Shown piece by piece: positions 8,662-17,310 of a DNA stretch of 64,000 bases (positions are counted from its first letter, which is position 1; each line of letters begins with the position of its first letter). A program made the position numbers and the translations under genes. Source of the DNA: an uncultured Clostridia bacterium (GTDB lineage Bacteria > Bacillota > Clostridia > Christensenellales > Borkfalkiaceae); NCBI GenBank assembly GCA_947632015.1, contig CANRNP010000002.1, positions 17,421 to 81,420 on the forward strand. The letters run 5' to 3'. The notes under the pieces are model-generated. The model searched no databases and was not told the origin of the DNA. It saw only the letters and a list, made by a program, of their open reading frames with translations.

Positions 8662-9459
8662 TTAGCCCGCTTCCTCGTAATTTTCGGGAGGAACGATTTC
8701 TTCTGCCTCGCCAAAACCGTAAATAACGGCAACCGGCCCTATATTCCCGCTGACATCTCCGAACACGCACGGCTTACCGCCTTTGAATTTCAAAAGGAAT
8801 ACGTCGTTCGCCGATCCTTTCTCTATCTCTAATTTTTCGCCCGTACAGACATATCCCCCGAAATCCTCTCTGTATTCGGAGTCTTGAAAATGGTTCCGAA
8901 AAGCCTTTAAGATTGCCAAATGATGATTCGCTCCCGCGGTCGGCAGTTCATAGCGGCTCCATTTCCCCGCCTTTCCCGGACCTGTCGTGCGCATATAGAA
9001 TTCGGTCGTTTCTTCCTTTTCGATAAAAATCATTTCGTCTGCATAATCGCCGTCGGTCAATTTTTGATGCATATTGTTATCACATACGGAAAGAAACATT
9101 TCATGTATCGTATTGGAAGAATCTATGCGTTTCCCATACATTAAAAAATTATCGAGTATTTCCTCCGAAAGAGCTTCCTTCCATTCCGCCTCAGTGAGCT
9201 TATCGGAGACAATCGCGGAAACGTCGGTGTCCTTGCCGATCTCGACGCCACCCTGCTCGTTTCCACCCTGCTCGGTTCCACCCTGCTCGGTTCCGCCCTG
9301 CTCGGTTCCGCCCTGTTGCGTTCCGCCCTGCTCGGTTCCCCCTTGCTCGATACCGCCCTGCTCAGTGCCGCCTTGATTCTGCTTTTCGCCGCAGCCGACG
9401 CCCATTCCCAACACGAGCGCGCCCGCCAGCAGCATTGCCAAAAGTCCTGCTTTTTTCAT
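8662..9459 (-). CDS. Lipoprotein with a (GGTEQ)n low-complexity linker, function unknown
   Basis: ORF 8662..9510. Start refined to the ATG at 9457-9459 (GGAG 7 nt upstream). This gives MKKAGLLAMLLAGALVLGMGVGCGEK, a signal peptide with a lipobox Cys, then 8 GG(T/I/N)(E/Q)Q repeats. Confidence 0.7.
   Translation of the reverse strand: MKKAGLLAMLLAGALVLGMGVGCGEKQNQGGTEQGGIEQGGTEQGGTQQGGTEQGGTEQGGTEQGGNEQGGVEIGKDTDVSAIVSDKLTEAEWKEALSEEILDNFLMYGKRIDSSNTIHEMFLSVCDNNMHQKLTDGDYADEMIFIEKEETTEFYMRTTGPGKAGKWSRYELPTAGANHHLAILKAFRNHFQDSEYREDFGGYVCTGEKLEIEKGSANDVFLLKFKGGKPCVFGDVSGNIGPVAVIYGFGEAEEIVPPENYEEAG
9247..9372. repeat. In-frame 15-bp tandem repeat (about 8 copies) encoding GGTEQ
   Basis: Plus-strand CCACCCTGCTCGGTT / CCGCCCTGCTCGGTT units are read directly in the sequence. 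Confidence 0.85.
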
Positions 9460-9488
9460 TGTTTTTCTCCTTTTTTTCTTCATCATAC

Positions 9489-9532
9489 TCTCAATTATTG
9501 AGAAAGTCAAGCGTTTTTCTCAATTATTGATA
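9489..9532. promoter_or_regulatory. Two copies of a 15-bp palindromic operator-like site between the divergent lipoprotein and XRE genes
   Basis: TCTCAATTATTGAGA (9489-9503, perfect palindrome) and TCTCAATTATTGATA (9518-9532), 29 nt apart centre to centre. Confidence 0.55.
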
Positions 9533-9544
9533 CATTCTAATGAT

Positions 9545-9745
9545 ATGAAGTTTCAGGAGACCTTGCGGGAACTGCGCGGCATGCGTGGTTTGGGACAGCA
9601 ACAGCTTGCCGACCTTTTGAAGATCAGCGCAAAGACCGTTTCGCATTGGGAAACGGGATATACCGAGCCGTCGATTTCACAGCTCATAGCGCTTGCCGAT
9701 CTTTTCGAAGTCACCCTCGACGACCTTGTGGGAAGAGATATTTGA
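9545..9745 (+). CDS. XRE-family helix-turn-helix transcriptional regulator (small, HTH only)
   Basis: MKFQETLRELRGMRGLGQQQLADLLKISAKTVSHWETGYTEPSISQLIALADLFEVTLDDLVG is a Cro/C1-type HTH. The start could also be 9527. Confidence 0.75.
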   Translation: MKFQETLRELRGMRGLGQQQLADLLKISAKTVSHWETGYTEPSISQLIALADLFEVTLDDLVGRDI

Positions 9746-9748
9746 ACG

Positions 9749-9773
9749 CCGTCCGTTTGCGGACGGTTTTTTC
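9749..9773 (+). terminator. Rho-independent terminator
   Basis: CCGTCCG-tttg-CGGACGG followed by TTTTTT. Confidence 0.7.
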
Positions 9774-9810
9774 TTGCTATTTTCGAAATTCCGTGTTATA
9801 ATAACAATAT

Positions 9811-10671
9811 ATGGAAGCGGCGATTTTGCAATTTTTCGAGGGGCTCCGTTGCGACTTCCTCGACGTGTTCTTCGGGCTTTTTTCTGTGCTCGGCGAGGCG
9901 ATGATCGTGGGCGGGGTGGCGATCCTCGTGTTTTGGCTCGCCCCTAAACGCGCGGGCGAACAGATGATCATGACCGCGCTCACCTCTTTTTCCATCAACT
10001 CGTTGATGAAATTCACCATCGCACGACCCCGTCCCTTTGTGGCGGGCGCGGTGGAATACCGTGAGCCGCCCTTCCTCGCCGACGAGCTCGACCCGTACGC
10101 TTCCTTTCCGAGCGGACACACGCAATCTTCCGGAAGTTTCCTCTTTGCCGCGGCAAGCACCGTAAACGCCGACAAGAAGAAAAAAGCGCTTGCGTGGACG
10201 GCGGCGGGCGCGCTCGTACTGCTCGTGATGCTCTCTCGGCTCTACTTCGGCGCCCACTACCCCACCGACGTTTTCGCGGGGCTCTGCTTCGGGCTCGTTC
10301 TCGCGCTTGCGTGGGCGGGGATCTTCCGCTACGCCTATTTTTACCGCCACCTCATCCTCGTATGCCTCGCCGTGCTCTCCGTTGTGCCCTGTTTTTTCCC
10401 CAACGTTGCGCACGATTACATACAATCGGCGGGACTTTTAACGGGCGCGGCGCTCGCGCTCGGCACGGCGCGCTTCTGTCTGCCCGCGCACAGCGCCCCC
10501 TTCCCCCTCCGGCTTTGGCGCGTCCCCGTGGGCGCGGCGCTCGTCGGCGCGGTGTTCTGCTTCTGCCTGCTCTTCCCTGAGGGCGAGGCGTATTCCCTGC
10601 TCAAATGGTTCCTCATCGCCTTTACGGCAGGTTTCCCCGCGCCCTATCTCTTTTACTGTCTGAAAATTTAA
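9811..10671 (+). CDS. PAP2-family membrane phosphatase (BcrC / PgpB-like)
   Basis: All three PAP2 motifs are present: KFTIARPRP, FPSGHT and SRLYFGAHYPTD. Multiple TM helices. Confidence 0.8.
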   Translation: MEAAILQFFEGLRCDFLDVFFGLFSVLGEAMIVGGVAILVFWLAPKRAGEQMIMTALTSFSINSLMKFTIARPRPFVAGAVEYREPPFLADELDPYASFPSGHTQSSGSFLFAAASTVNADKKKKALAWTAAGALVLLVMLSRLYFGAHYPTDVFAGLCFGLVLALAWAGIFRYAYFYRHLILVCLAVLSVVPCFFPNVAHDYIQSAGLLTGAALALGTARFCLPAHSAPFPLRLWRVPVGAALVGAVFCFCLLFPEGEAYSLLKWFLIAFTAGFPAPYLFYCLKI

Positions 10672-10752
10672 GGCTGTGAAAACTTGACGGCAACAAGAGA
10701 ACGTGATACCATATTACGGAAACGACTTTTTATATATAACAAGGAGAAAACG

Positions 10753-12129
10753 ATGGCAAACAGCGGCGTAACGATGGACAAACTTGTGGCGCTTTGCAAA
10801 AACCGCGGGATCATCTTCCCCGGAAGCGAAATTTACGGCGGCATGGGCAACACTTGGGATTACGGTCCCGTGGGCGTGGAGATCAAAAACAACATCAAGC
10901 GGGCTTGGTGGAAGCGGTTCGTGCAGGAGAGTGAAAATTCCTTCGGCGTGGACGCCGCCATTTTAATGAACTCCCGCGTGTGGGAGGCGAGCGGGCACAC
11001 CACCTCTTTCTCCGACCCCAAGATGGACTGCAAGTCCTGCAAGACCCGCCACAGAGCGGACAACCTCATCGAAGCGCATAGCAAGGGCGCCGTGAATCCC
11101 GACCTCATGACCAATGAGGAAATGGAGAAGTACATCGAGGAGCACCATGTCTGCTGCCCCGTATGCGGAAATTTCAACTGGACGAACATCCGCACCTTCA
11201 ACCTCATGTTCGAGACTTCGCGCGGGGTGACCGACGAGAGCCAGAACAAAATTTATCTCCGTCCCGAAACGGCGCAGGGGGAATTCGTGAACTTCGGCAA
11301 CGTGCAACGCTCGGTGCGTGCGAAAGTCCCCTTCGGCATCGCGCAGATCGGCAAAGCCTTCCGCAACGAGATCACCCCCGGCAACTTCATCTTCCGCACG
11401 ATCGAATTCGAGCAGATGGAGCACCAGTGGTTCTGCAAAGAGGGCACCGACGGCGAATATTATGAGGAATTCAAGAAAAAGGCGTTCCAGTTCCTCGTAG
11501 ACCTCGGCTTTGCGCCCGAACATCTCCGCTTCCACGACCACGACAAGCTCGCCCACTACGCAAAGCAGGCGTGCGACATTCAATATCTCTACCCGATGGG
11601 CTGGCAGGAGCTCAACGGCATCCACAACCGCACCGATTACGACCTTTCCCGCCACCAGGAATATTCGGGCAAGTCCCTCCTCTATGTGGACCCCTTCGAC
11701 GGGAGCAAGTTCATCCCCTATGTCATCGAGTACTCCATCGGCGCCGACCGTCTCATGCTCGCCGTCCTCTCCGAGGCGTACGAAGAACAGACCCTCGAAG
11801 GCGGCGACGTGCGCAACGTGCTCCACTTCCACCCCGCGATCGCGGCGTATAAGGCGGCGGTTTTGCCCCTTCAAAAGAATCTCTCCCCGAAGGCGAAAGA
11901 GATCCTGGGCGCGCTCAAAAAGCAGTTCCCCGTCACCTACGACGAAGCGGGTTCGATCGGCAAACGCTACCGCCGCCAGGATGAGATCGGCACGCCCTAT
12001 TGCGTCACGATCGACTTCGACACCTTGGAGGACGACACGGTGACGGTGCGCAACCGCGACAGCATGGAGCAGGTACGCCTGCCCATCGGAGAGCTCGCTT
12101 CCTTCCTCGCCGAAAAGTGCGCGTTCTGA
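10753..12129 (+). CDS. glyQS: Glycine--tRNA ligase (single-chain, class II)
   Basis: MANSGVTMDKLVALCKNRGIIFPGSEIYGGMGNTWDYGPVGVEIKNNIKRAWWKRF... AAGGAG lies 6 nt before the ATG at 10753. The ORF-track start at 10684 is an upstream TTG. Confidence 0.93.
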   Translation: MANSGVTMDKLVALCKNRGIIFPGSEIYGGMGNTWDYGPVGVEIKNNIKRAWWKRFVQESENSFGVDAAILMNSRVWEASGHTTSFSDPKMDCKSCKTRHRADNLIEAHSKGAVNPDLMTNEEMEKYIEEHHVCCPVCGNFNWTNIRTFNLMFETSRGVTDESQNKIYLRPETAQGEFVNFGNVQRSVRAKVPFGIAQIGKAFRNEITPGNFIFRTIEFEQMEHQWFCKEGTDGEYYEEFKKKAFQFLVDLGFAPEHLRFHDHDKLAHYAKQACDIQYLYPMGWQELNGIHNRTDYDLSRHQEYSGKSLLYVDPFDGSKFIPYVIEYSIGADRLMLAVLSEAYEEQTLEGGDVRNVLHFHPAIAAYKAAVLPLQKNLSPKAKEILGALKKQFPVTYDEAGSIGKRYRRQDEIGTPYCVTIDFDTLEDDTVTVRNRDSMEQVRLPIGELASFLAEKCAF

Positions 12130-12138
12130 AAACGCTTC

Positions 12139-12169
12139 GCCCGACCGTTTTTTCGGTCGGGCTTTTTTT
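12139..12169 (+). terminator. Rho-independent terminator after glyQS
   Basis: GCCCGACCG-tttttt-CGGTCGGGC followed by TTTTTTT. Confidence 0.8.
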
Positions 12170-12263
12170 CGGCTCTTTCGGCGGTTTTCGCGCGGGCGGC
12201 TTTGCGCGCAGGTTTTCGCGCGGGCGGCTCACCAAAAAATGTCATAAAAATATATGATATTTG

Positions 12264-12292
12264 TTGACAAACCCCGTTCAACTCTTTATAAT
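12264..12292 (+). promoter_or_regulatory. Sigma-70/SigA-type promoter for the GT2 gene
   Basis: TTGACA (12264-12269), 17-nt spacer, TATAAT (12287-12292). Confidence 0.6.
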
Positions 12293-12311
12293 ACAAACAA
12301 GGAGACGGGAT

Positions 12312-13646
12312 ATGAATCTACTCATCCGCAACATTCTCATCGTTTACGGCGCGATCTGCACGCTCGCGGTGATCTTATATCTGCCGAAAATTTTCGGGTT
12401 CCGCTACGGATTCAAAAAACCGCCCTATAAAAAGGCGGCGGAAAAGCGGCGGATCTCCGTCATTGTGCCCGCCCGCGGGGAGAGCGCGATCATTTCCGAC
12501 CTCTTCGCTTCGCTCGAAAACCAGACGTACGACAAAGCTTTTTTCGACGTGAGCGTGATCGTGAAAGACGCCGACGACCCCACCATCGCGCTTGCCGAAG
12601 CGCTCGGCGCGAAAGTGTTCGTCGTTCCCGAACAGAGCTGTAAGGGCGACGCGCTCGACGGCTATTTCAAGGCGCTCGGCGAGGAGCGCAAAAATTATGA
12701 GGCGTTCGTGATCGTGGACGCCGACGCCGTGCTCGCCCCCGAATACGTTGCCGAACTCAACAACGCCCTCGAACACGATTACGACATCTATCTCACCCGC
12801 AAATTCGCAAAGAACTATTTGGGCGGCAGGAAGGACCGCTCCCTCTTTTCGAACTGCTCCACTTTGACGTGGCCGATGCTCGACGACCTCGGAAATCTAT
12901 ACCGTATGCGGAAAAACATTCCGCTCAACCTCTGCGGGCAGGGCATGATGCTCCGCCGCCGCGTGATCGAAGAGCTCGGCGGCTGGCCCTACCGCACCCT
13001 CACCGAGGACTACGAGCTCAAACTCGACAGTCTCCTGCGCGGGTTTACTTCCATGTTCTATCCCTACGCCGTCATCTATACCGAAGAGGCGCTCGGACAC
13101 AAGGAGAACTACGACCGCCGCGTGCGTTGGCTGACGGGCTATTCGCAATGCGACAAGAAGTATAAATCGGAGATCAAAAAACAGGCGAAAGAGCGCGGCA
13201 AGATGACGAGCGGGGAAAAGGAATACTTCTTCGGCATCGTCCCCCTGCTCATTTTTGCGGTGACGACCATCGTGACCATGTTCACGGGGGTGGGGCTTGC
13301 AATCTTCTATGTCCTGCACCAAGACTTCAACTGGTTCTGGGCGAGCTGGCTGCTCCTCTTTATGCCCTTCTGGATCATGTACACCATGCTCTTCATTTTC
13401 AGCTTGCTCGCCATGTGCTCCGACCCCGACACCTTCCGCGCGCTGTCGCGCGGAGAAAAATTCGGGATGCTCCTCTTCAACCCCTTCTATCTGCTCGAAT
13501 ACATTCCTCTCTATCTGACGAGCCGTATCCTCGTGCGTAAAAACAAGACGCCCGCGTGGAAACAGACCGAGCGCATCGTTTACGACGGAGAGGACATTGC
13601 CGGGCGCGCAGAGGGCGGCAAGAGAGAAAATCGCGATCCCGACTGA
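12312..13646 (+). CDS. Family-2 glycosyltransferase, membrane-integrated, processive-synthase-like
   Basis: N-terminal TM helix. GT-A motifs are present: VIVPARGE, DAD (VIVDADAV) and TED (LTEDYEL). An RVRW motif occupies the QxxRW position. About 4 C-terminal TM helices. Start at 12312 with GGAG upstream. Confidence 0.85.
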   Translation: MNLLIRNILIVYGAICTLAVILYLPKIFGFRYGFKKPPYKKAAEKRRISVIVPARGESAIISDLFASLENQTYDKAFFDVSVIVKDADDPTIALAEALGAKVFVVPEQSCKGDALDGYFKALGEERKNYEAFVIVDADAVLAPEYVAELNNALEHDYDIYLTRKFAKNYLGGRKDRSLFSNCSTLTWPMLDDLGNLYRMRKNIPLNLCGQGMMLRRRVIEELGGWPYRTLTEDYELKLDSLLRGFTSMFYPYAVIYTEEALGHKENYDRRVRWLTGYSQCDKKYKSEIKKQAKERGKMTSGEKEYFFGIVPLLIFAVTTIVTMFTGVGLAIFYVLHQDFNWFWASWLLLFMPFWIMYTMLFIFSLLAMCSDPDTFRALSRGEKFGMLLFNPFYLLEYIPLYLTSRILVRKNKTPAWKQTERIVYDGEDIAGRAEGGKRENRDPD

Positions 13647-13651
13647 CCGAA

Positions 13652-13700
13652 AAATACAAAGCGGCGCCCCGTGCCTGGCACGGGGCGCCGCTTTGTATTT
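13652..13700. terminator. Bidirectional terminator hairpin between the convergent GT2 and acyltransferase genes
   Basis: AAATACAAAGCGGCGCCCCGTGCC / GGCACGGGGCGCCGCTTTGTATTT, a long perfect inverted repeat with A/T runs on both sides. Confidence 0.8.
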
Positions 13701-13707
13701 GGAACGG

Positions 13708-14514
13708 TTACGGTTGTTTTTCTTCCCGCGGCAGATATTCGAGCGGGATATTATACGCCGCTTCGTAACACTCCCGCCATTCCCTTTCCGCCGTCTCTTT
13801 CATGGCGTCGAGCCGTTCGCGGCGGGGAAGGGCGCCGTCTGCATATACGGCGGGAAGGATATGGATGCGGAGCCCCCGAATATGCCCGCTCTTCCTCTTG
13901 CGGAAGGTGCAAAAGACGGGAATGACGGGCACGTTGTGCTTGATCGCGTAATGGAAGGCGCCGTCCTTCATGGGGCGGGGCTTTTGGTAATTCGTCCAAA
14001 GCGCCTGCTCCGCATAGAAATTGATGATCTTCCCCTTTTTGAGCAGCCGCTCGATCTCGCTGTTGAGATTGCGCATGGCGACGAGGTCGGAGCTGAACGT
14101 GAGCATCCCCCCGTGCCGCATGACCCAGCCGCCGAACCCGTTCTTGTTGTTTTTGGGTCCCATCGTATGGTAGGAGCGGTAATGCCCCATCGCCTGCCGC
14201 ACGAGCAAGGTATCGAGATAGTTGAAATGGTTGCACACGCAGATCGCGCCGCTCTTTCCGATCGCGCGCAGGTTTTTCCTGCCCGTGACCCGCGCCCCGA
14301 AGCAGACCCCCGTCAGGATCCACCCGAAGAGGAACATGAGCGTGCGCCAGAATCCCGTCCAAAAAGCGTCTGCGCCCCGCTGGCGGTAGCGATAGCTCGC
14401 GTCGGGCATCTTCCAGGTGCCGAGGAAGGGGATATAATCGACGTCGAACCGCCGCCGGCGTTCGAGCAGGGTCTGGATCCCCTCGATCTGTTGTTGCTTC
14501 GTGCGCTTCTTCAT
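13708..14514 (-). CDS. 1-acyl-sn-glycerol-3-phosphate acyltransferase family (PlsC-like)
   Basis: 268 aa. The NHxxxxD acyltransferase motif is present as NHFNYLD. N-terminal hydrophobic segment. Confidence 0.8.
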   Translation of the reverse strand: MKKRTKQQQIEGIQTLLERRRRFDVDYIPFLGTWKMPDASYRYRQRGADAFWTGFWRTLMFLFGWILTGVCFGARVTGRKNLRAIGKSGAICVCNHFNYLDTLLVRQAMGHYRSYHTMGPKNNKNGFGGWVMRHGGMLTFSSDLVAMRNLNSEIERLLKKGKIINFYAEQALWTNYQKPRPMKDGAFHYAIKHNVPVIPVFCTFRKRKSGHIRGLRIHILPAVYADGALPRRERLDAMKETAEREWRECYEAAYNIPLEYLPREEKQP

Positions 14515-14547
14515 TTGCTTTTATTTTATCAAACGGCGGCGGACTTG

Positions 14548-15252
14548 TCAATAATTTCCCGAAGAAGGCGCCGCGTACAGATCGAATTCCCCGTCTAAAT
14601 CGAAGGTCTCGCCCGCGTCGAATGCCGCGAGTTTGGAAATGGAGACCTCGTAAGCCGTCATGGTGACGACGTCCGTCTCCGAGAGCTTCTTTTGGTACTC
14701 CCTGCTCTGGATCCTGCCCGAAAGGGCGACGCGGTCCCCCACTTTGAGATTCTGCACAAAGCGGGCGTTTCTCCCCCATGCGATACAGGGGATGTAGTCC
14801 GATTTGTTGTAGGCGCGGTTCACCGCGATCAGCAGGTCGGCGATCTCGCGGTTGAAGGGGGTGGTGCGGTAGATGGGCGGTTTACAGATGTAGCCAGACA
14901 GCACGATGCTGTTCGGATTGCGGGAAGGGATGTTTTCCACGAGCTCCCGCACGAACACGGTGAGCATGAGGCGGGACTTTCCGTTTTCGAGTTTGTTGTA
15001 GCTGCGGAACTGTCCGAGCGCGCAAATAATGCTCCCCACCTGCAAGTCGTTCTTTTCGATGATGCGCTCGGAAATGGTCACGGGCAAAATGTCCGCCTGT
15101 CCCGAAAGACGCATCACTTTGACATACAATTCGTAAAATCCTTCCCCATATACCTCGTGCGAAAAAGTTGCCTCCGTTACAATCTCTCCCGTAAAATAAA
15201 CCCTGTTGTTTTTTTCCGCATTGTAATCCATTATGTTGCTCTGTACCTCCAC
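14548..15252 (-). CDS. SSB-family protein with two tandem OB-fold-like halves
   Basis: 234 aa. Both halves resemble SSB OB folds: NRVYFTGEIVTE...ILPVTISERI and NSIVLSGYICKPP...YIPCIAWGRNARFVQNLKVGDRVALSGRIQSREY. No canonical acidic DDDxPF tip. Confidence 0.55.
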   Translation of the reverse strand: MEVQSNIMDYNAEKNNRVYFTGEIVTEATFSHEVYGEGFYELYVKVMRLSGQADILPVTISERIIEKNDLQVGSIICALGQFRSYNKLENGKSRLMLTVFVRELVENIPSRNPNSIVLSGYICKPPIYRTTPFNREIADLLIAVNRAYNKSDYIPCIAWGRNARFVQNLKVGDRVALSGRIQSREYQKKLSETDVVTMTAYEVSISKLAAFDAGETFDLDGEFDLYAAPSSGNY

Positions 15253-15266
15253 AGTATTTCCCGAAG

Positions 15267-16037
15267 CTAAGCCTTGCCCTCCGCCCGTTGCATTCCGGCG
15301 CCGTCGATGGTGTAGTTTTCGCGGTAGATGAGCTCGCCGACGGGCACGAATTCATATCCCTTTGCGTGCAGCGTATCGAAGATGATGGGAAGGGCTTCCG
15401 CCGTGTGCAAGCCGTTGTTGTGGCACAAGATGATGGAGCCGCTCTTCACTTTCCCGACGACGCGCGAGGCGATGTCCGCCGCCGATAGGTCTTTCCAGTC
15501 GAGGGAATCCACGTCCCACTGAATGGGATAGAAGCCCATTGCGTTCACCGTATCGATCAAAAGATTGTCGTAATCGCCGTAGGGCGGGCGGAAGAGGGTG
15601 ACTTCCTTCCCCGTTACCGAGGAGATCGCCTCGGAAGAGGTCGTCATTTCCGTCCTGATCTCCGTCTCGCTCAGCCGCGACATATAGGAGTGCGTGGCGC
15701 TGTGCGTGCCGATCTCATGCCCCGCTTCGTCGATCTTTTTGAGATATTCGGGGTATTTTTCCGCCCAGAACTGCACAGTGAAGAAGGTTGCCCGCACCTT
15801 CGCCTCTTTGAGGCTTTTCAAAATGGCGTCGGTATGTTCCGTCCCCCAGGCGCAGTCGAAGGAGATGGCGATCTTGTTGTCGTCCCGCTCCACGCAATAG
15901 ATGGGAAGGGAGCGCGCCCCGCTCCAAAATACCGTTTCCGCTCCCGCCGCTTTGGCGGAAAATCCGCCCGCGACAAGCAGGAGAAGAAGCGCCGCGGCGA
16001 CGGCGAGGGACTTCCGCCGAAGGGTGAACACCTGCAT
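15267..16037 (-). CDS. Polysaccharide deacetylase (NodB homology domain), secreted
   Basis: Signal peptide, then ISFDCAWG...ATFFTV...GHEIGTHSATH, the NodB metal/catalytic motifs. Confidence 0.85.
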   Translation of the reverse strand: MQVFTLRRKSLAVAAALLLLLVAGGFSAKAAGAETVFWSGARSLPIYCVERDDNKIAISFDCAWGTEHTDAILKSLKEAKVRATFFTVQFWAEKYPEYLKKIDEAGHEIGTHSATHSYMSRLSETEIRTEMTTSSEAISSVTGKEVTLFRPPYGDYDNLLIDTVNAMGFYPIQWDVDSLDWKDLSAADIASRVVGKVKSGSIILCHNNGLHTAEALPIIFDTLHAKGYEFVPVGELIYRENYTIDGAGMQRAEGKA

Positions 16038-16189
16038 TTCCTTTACCTCTCCATGATAGAATATTTTCGTTGGGAAATCTTCGGAGATTTCGTCGCGAAC
16101 GCGCGATTTTCGTCGTTTCTCCGATCATCGCCGCTCTATTCTATGGCGGGAAAAGCAAAGATATGCCCGAAAAAAGAAAGACCCGCCGC

Positions 16190-16936
16190 TTATTTTGCGG
16201 GGGGCTCTCCGAAGGGGAACTTCTTCGCGACGCTCGTAACGGTGATGAGCCCGACTTCCGCCGCGCCCGCGCGGAGCAGCGCCCCGGCAAGCTCGTTCGC
16301 CGTTGCGCCCGTCGTAAGCGTGTCGTCCACGATGAGTACCCTCTTCCCGCGCACGCTCTTGCGGTCGCGGACGTGAAAACAGCCTTTGAGGTTTTCCTCC
16401 CGCTCCTTCCTGCCGAGAAATTTCTGTCCCTCCGTTTCGCGCGTTTTCTCGGCGGGAGAGAGAAGCTCCGCGCCCGTTCTTAACGCGAGCTCTTCGGCAA
16501 GCAGGCGGGACTGGTTGTAAGAGCGCGCCTTTTCCGCCTTCGCCGTCATGGGGACGAAGGTCAAAGAATAGGGCTCCGGAAACTCCCGCTTTACAACGGG
16601 CTCCAAAAAATCGCACAGTGTGCGGAAGAGATACTTCTGCCCCCGCTTATACCGCACGACGAGCCGCGCCGCCTCTCCCTCGTGCAAAAAGCAGGAGCGC
16701 GCCCTCTTCACGGCAAGCGGTTTTTCCTTGCAGTCGAGACAGATCCCCGCCTCCCCTACCTTTCTCCCGCAAAGGGGGCAAAAGAGGGTATTCCAAGGCA
16801 ACGCCCCGTAGCAAGAAGCGCAGACGCGCTCGCCGCCGAATACCTCCCGCCCGCAAATATCGCAGGTGAAGTTCGTGCTTTCGTCGTGGCGGCGGACGGC
16901 GGTTTTGAATTTTTCGAGAAAAGCGTTCAGCCCCAT
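16190..16936 (-). CDS. comFC: ComF-family protein (ComFC-like phosphoribosyltransferase with N-terminal zinc-binding cysteines)
   Basis: CDICG...CASC...CPLCG...CLDC cysteine pairs, plus the PRTase motif VLIVDDTLTTGAT. Confidence 0.8.
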   Translation of the reverse strand: MGLNAFLEKFKTAVRRHDESTNFTCDICGREVFGGERVCASCYGALPWNTLFCPLCGRKVGEAGICLDCKEKPLAVKRARSCFLHEGEAARLVVRYKRGQKYLFRTLCDFLEPVVKREFPEPYSLTFVPMTAKAEKARSYNQSRLLAEELALRTGAELLSPAEKTRETEGQKFLGRKEREENLKGCFHVRDRKSVRGKRVLIVDDTLTTGATANELAGALLRAGAAEVGLITVTSVAKKFPFGEPPAK

Positions 16937-16942
16937 GCGCGC

Positions 16943-17164
16943 TCAACGGTACGCCTTCGCGCCCGTTTCGTCCTCCATGCCGAGAAGATAGTCGGCGGAA
17001 ATTTTGAAAATGCGGCAGATCGCGACGATCGCTTCCGTGGAAAGATCGAGCTGTTCCAGCTCATACCGGCTGACCGTGCGCTGGCTGCAATGCAACAGCG
17101 CGGCGACCTCCGCCTGCGAGAGCCCCCGCTCTTCGCGTAATTCTTTGAGTCTCTGTCCGTACAT
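16943..17164 (-). CDS. XRE-family HTH regulator (small), 6 nt upstream of comFC
   Basis: MYGQRLKELREERGLSQAEVAALLHCSQRTVSRYELEQLDLSTEAIVAICRIFKISADYLLG. Confidence 0.75.
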   Translation of the reverse strand: MYGQRLKELREERGLSQAEVAALLHCSQRTVSRYELEQLDLSTEAIVAICRIFKISADYLLGMEDETGAKAYR

Positions 17165-17254
17165 GCTTTTATTTTAGACGAAAACGGTCTGATTCGCCCT
17201 TTTCAGACGAGAACCGCCTAAGCGGCTCTGCGCTCTTCTTTGCGGGAGCGGCGG

Positions 17255-17299
17255 AGAAAAAAGCCGCGGCGCGTTGCGAAAAACGCAACGCGCCGCGGC
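17255..17299 (-). terminator. Rho-independent terminator after the acidic zinc-ribbon gene
   Basis: On the minus strand: GCCGCGGCGCGTTGCG-ttttt-CGCAACGCGCCGCGGC (16-bp stem) followed by TTTTTT. Confidence 0.8.
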
Positions 17300-17310
17300 A
17301 AAACGACCGA

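Noticed and set aside
10672-10752. T-box leaders upstream of the aminoacyl-tRNA synthetase genes (glyQS, cysE-cysS, alaS, glnS)
   Set aside because: The upstream gaps are too short (about 50-80 nt) for a ~200-300-nt T-box. I saw no T-box sequence (AATTAGGGTGGTACCGCG-like) or specifier/antiterminator architecture. The glnS upstream region is occupied by the repeat cluster.
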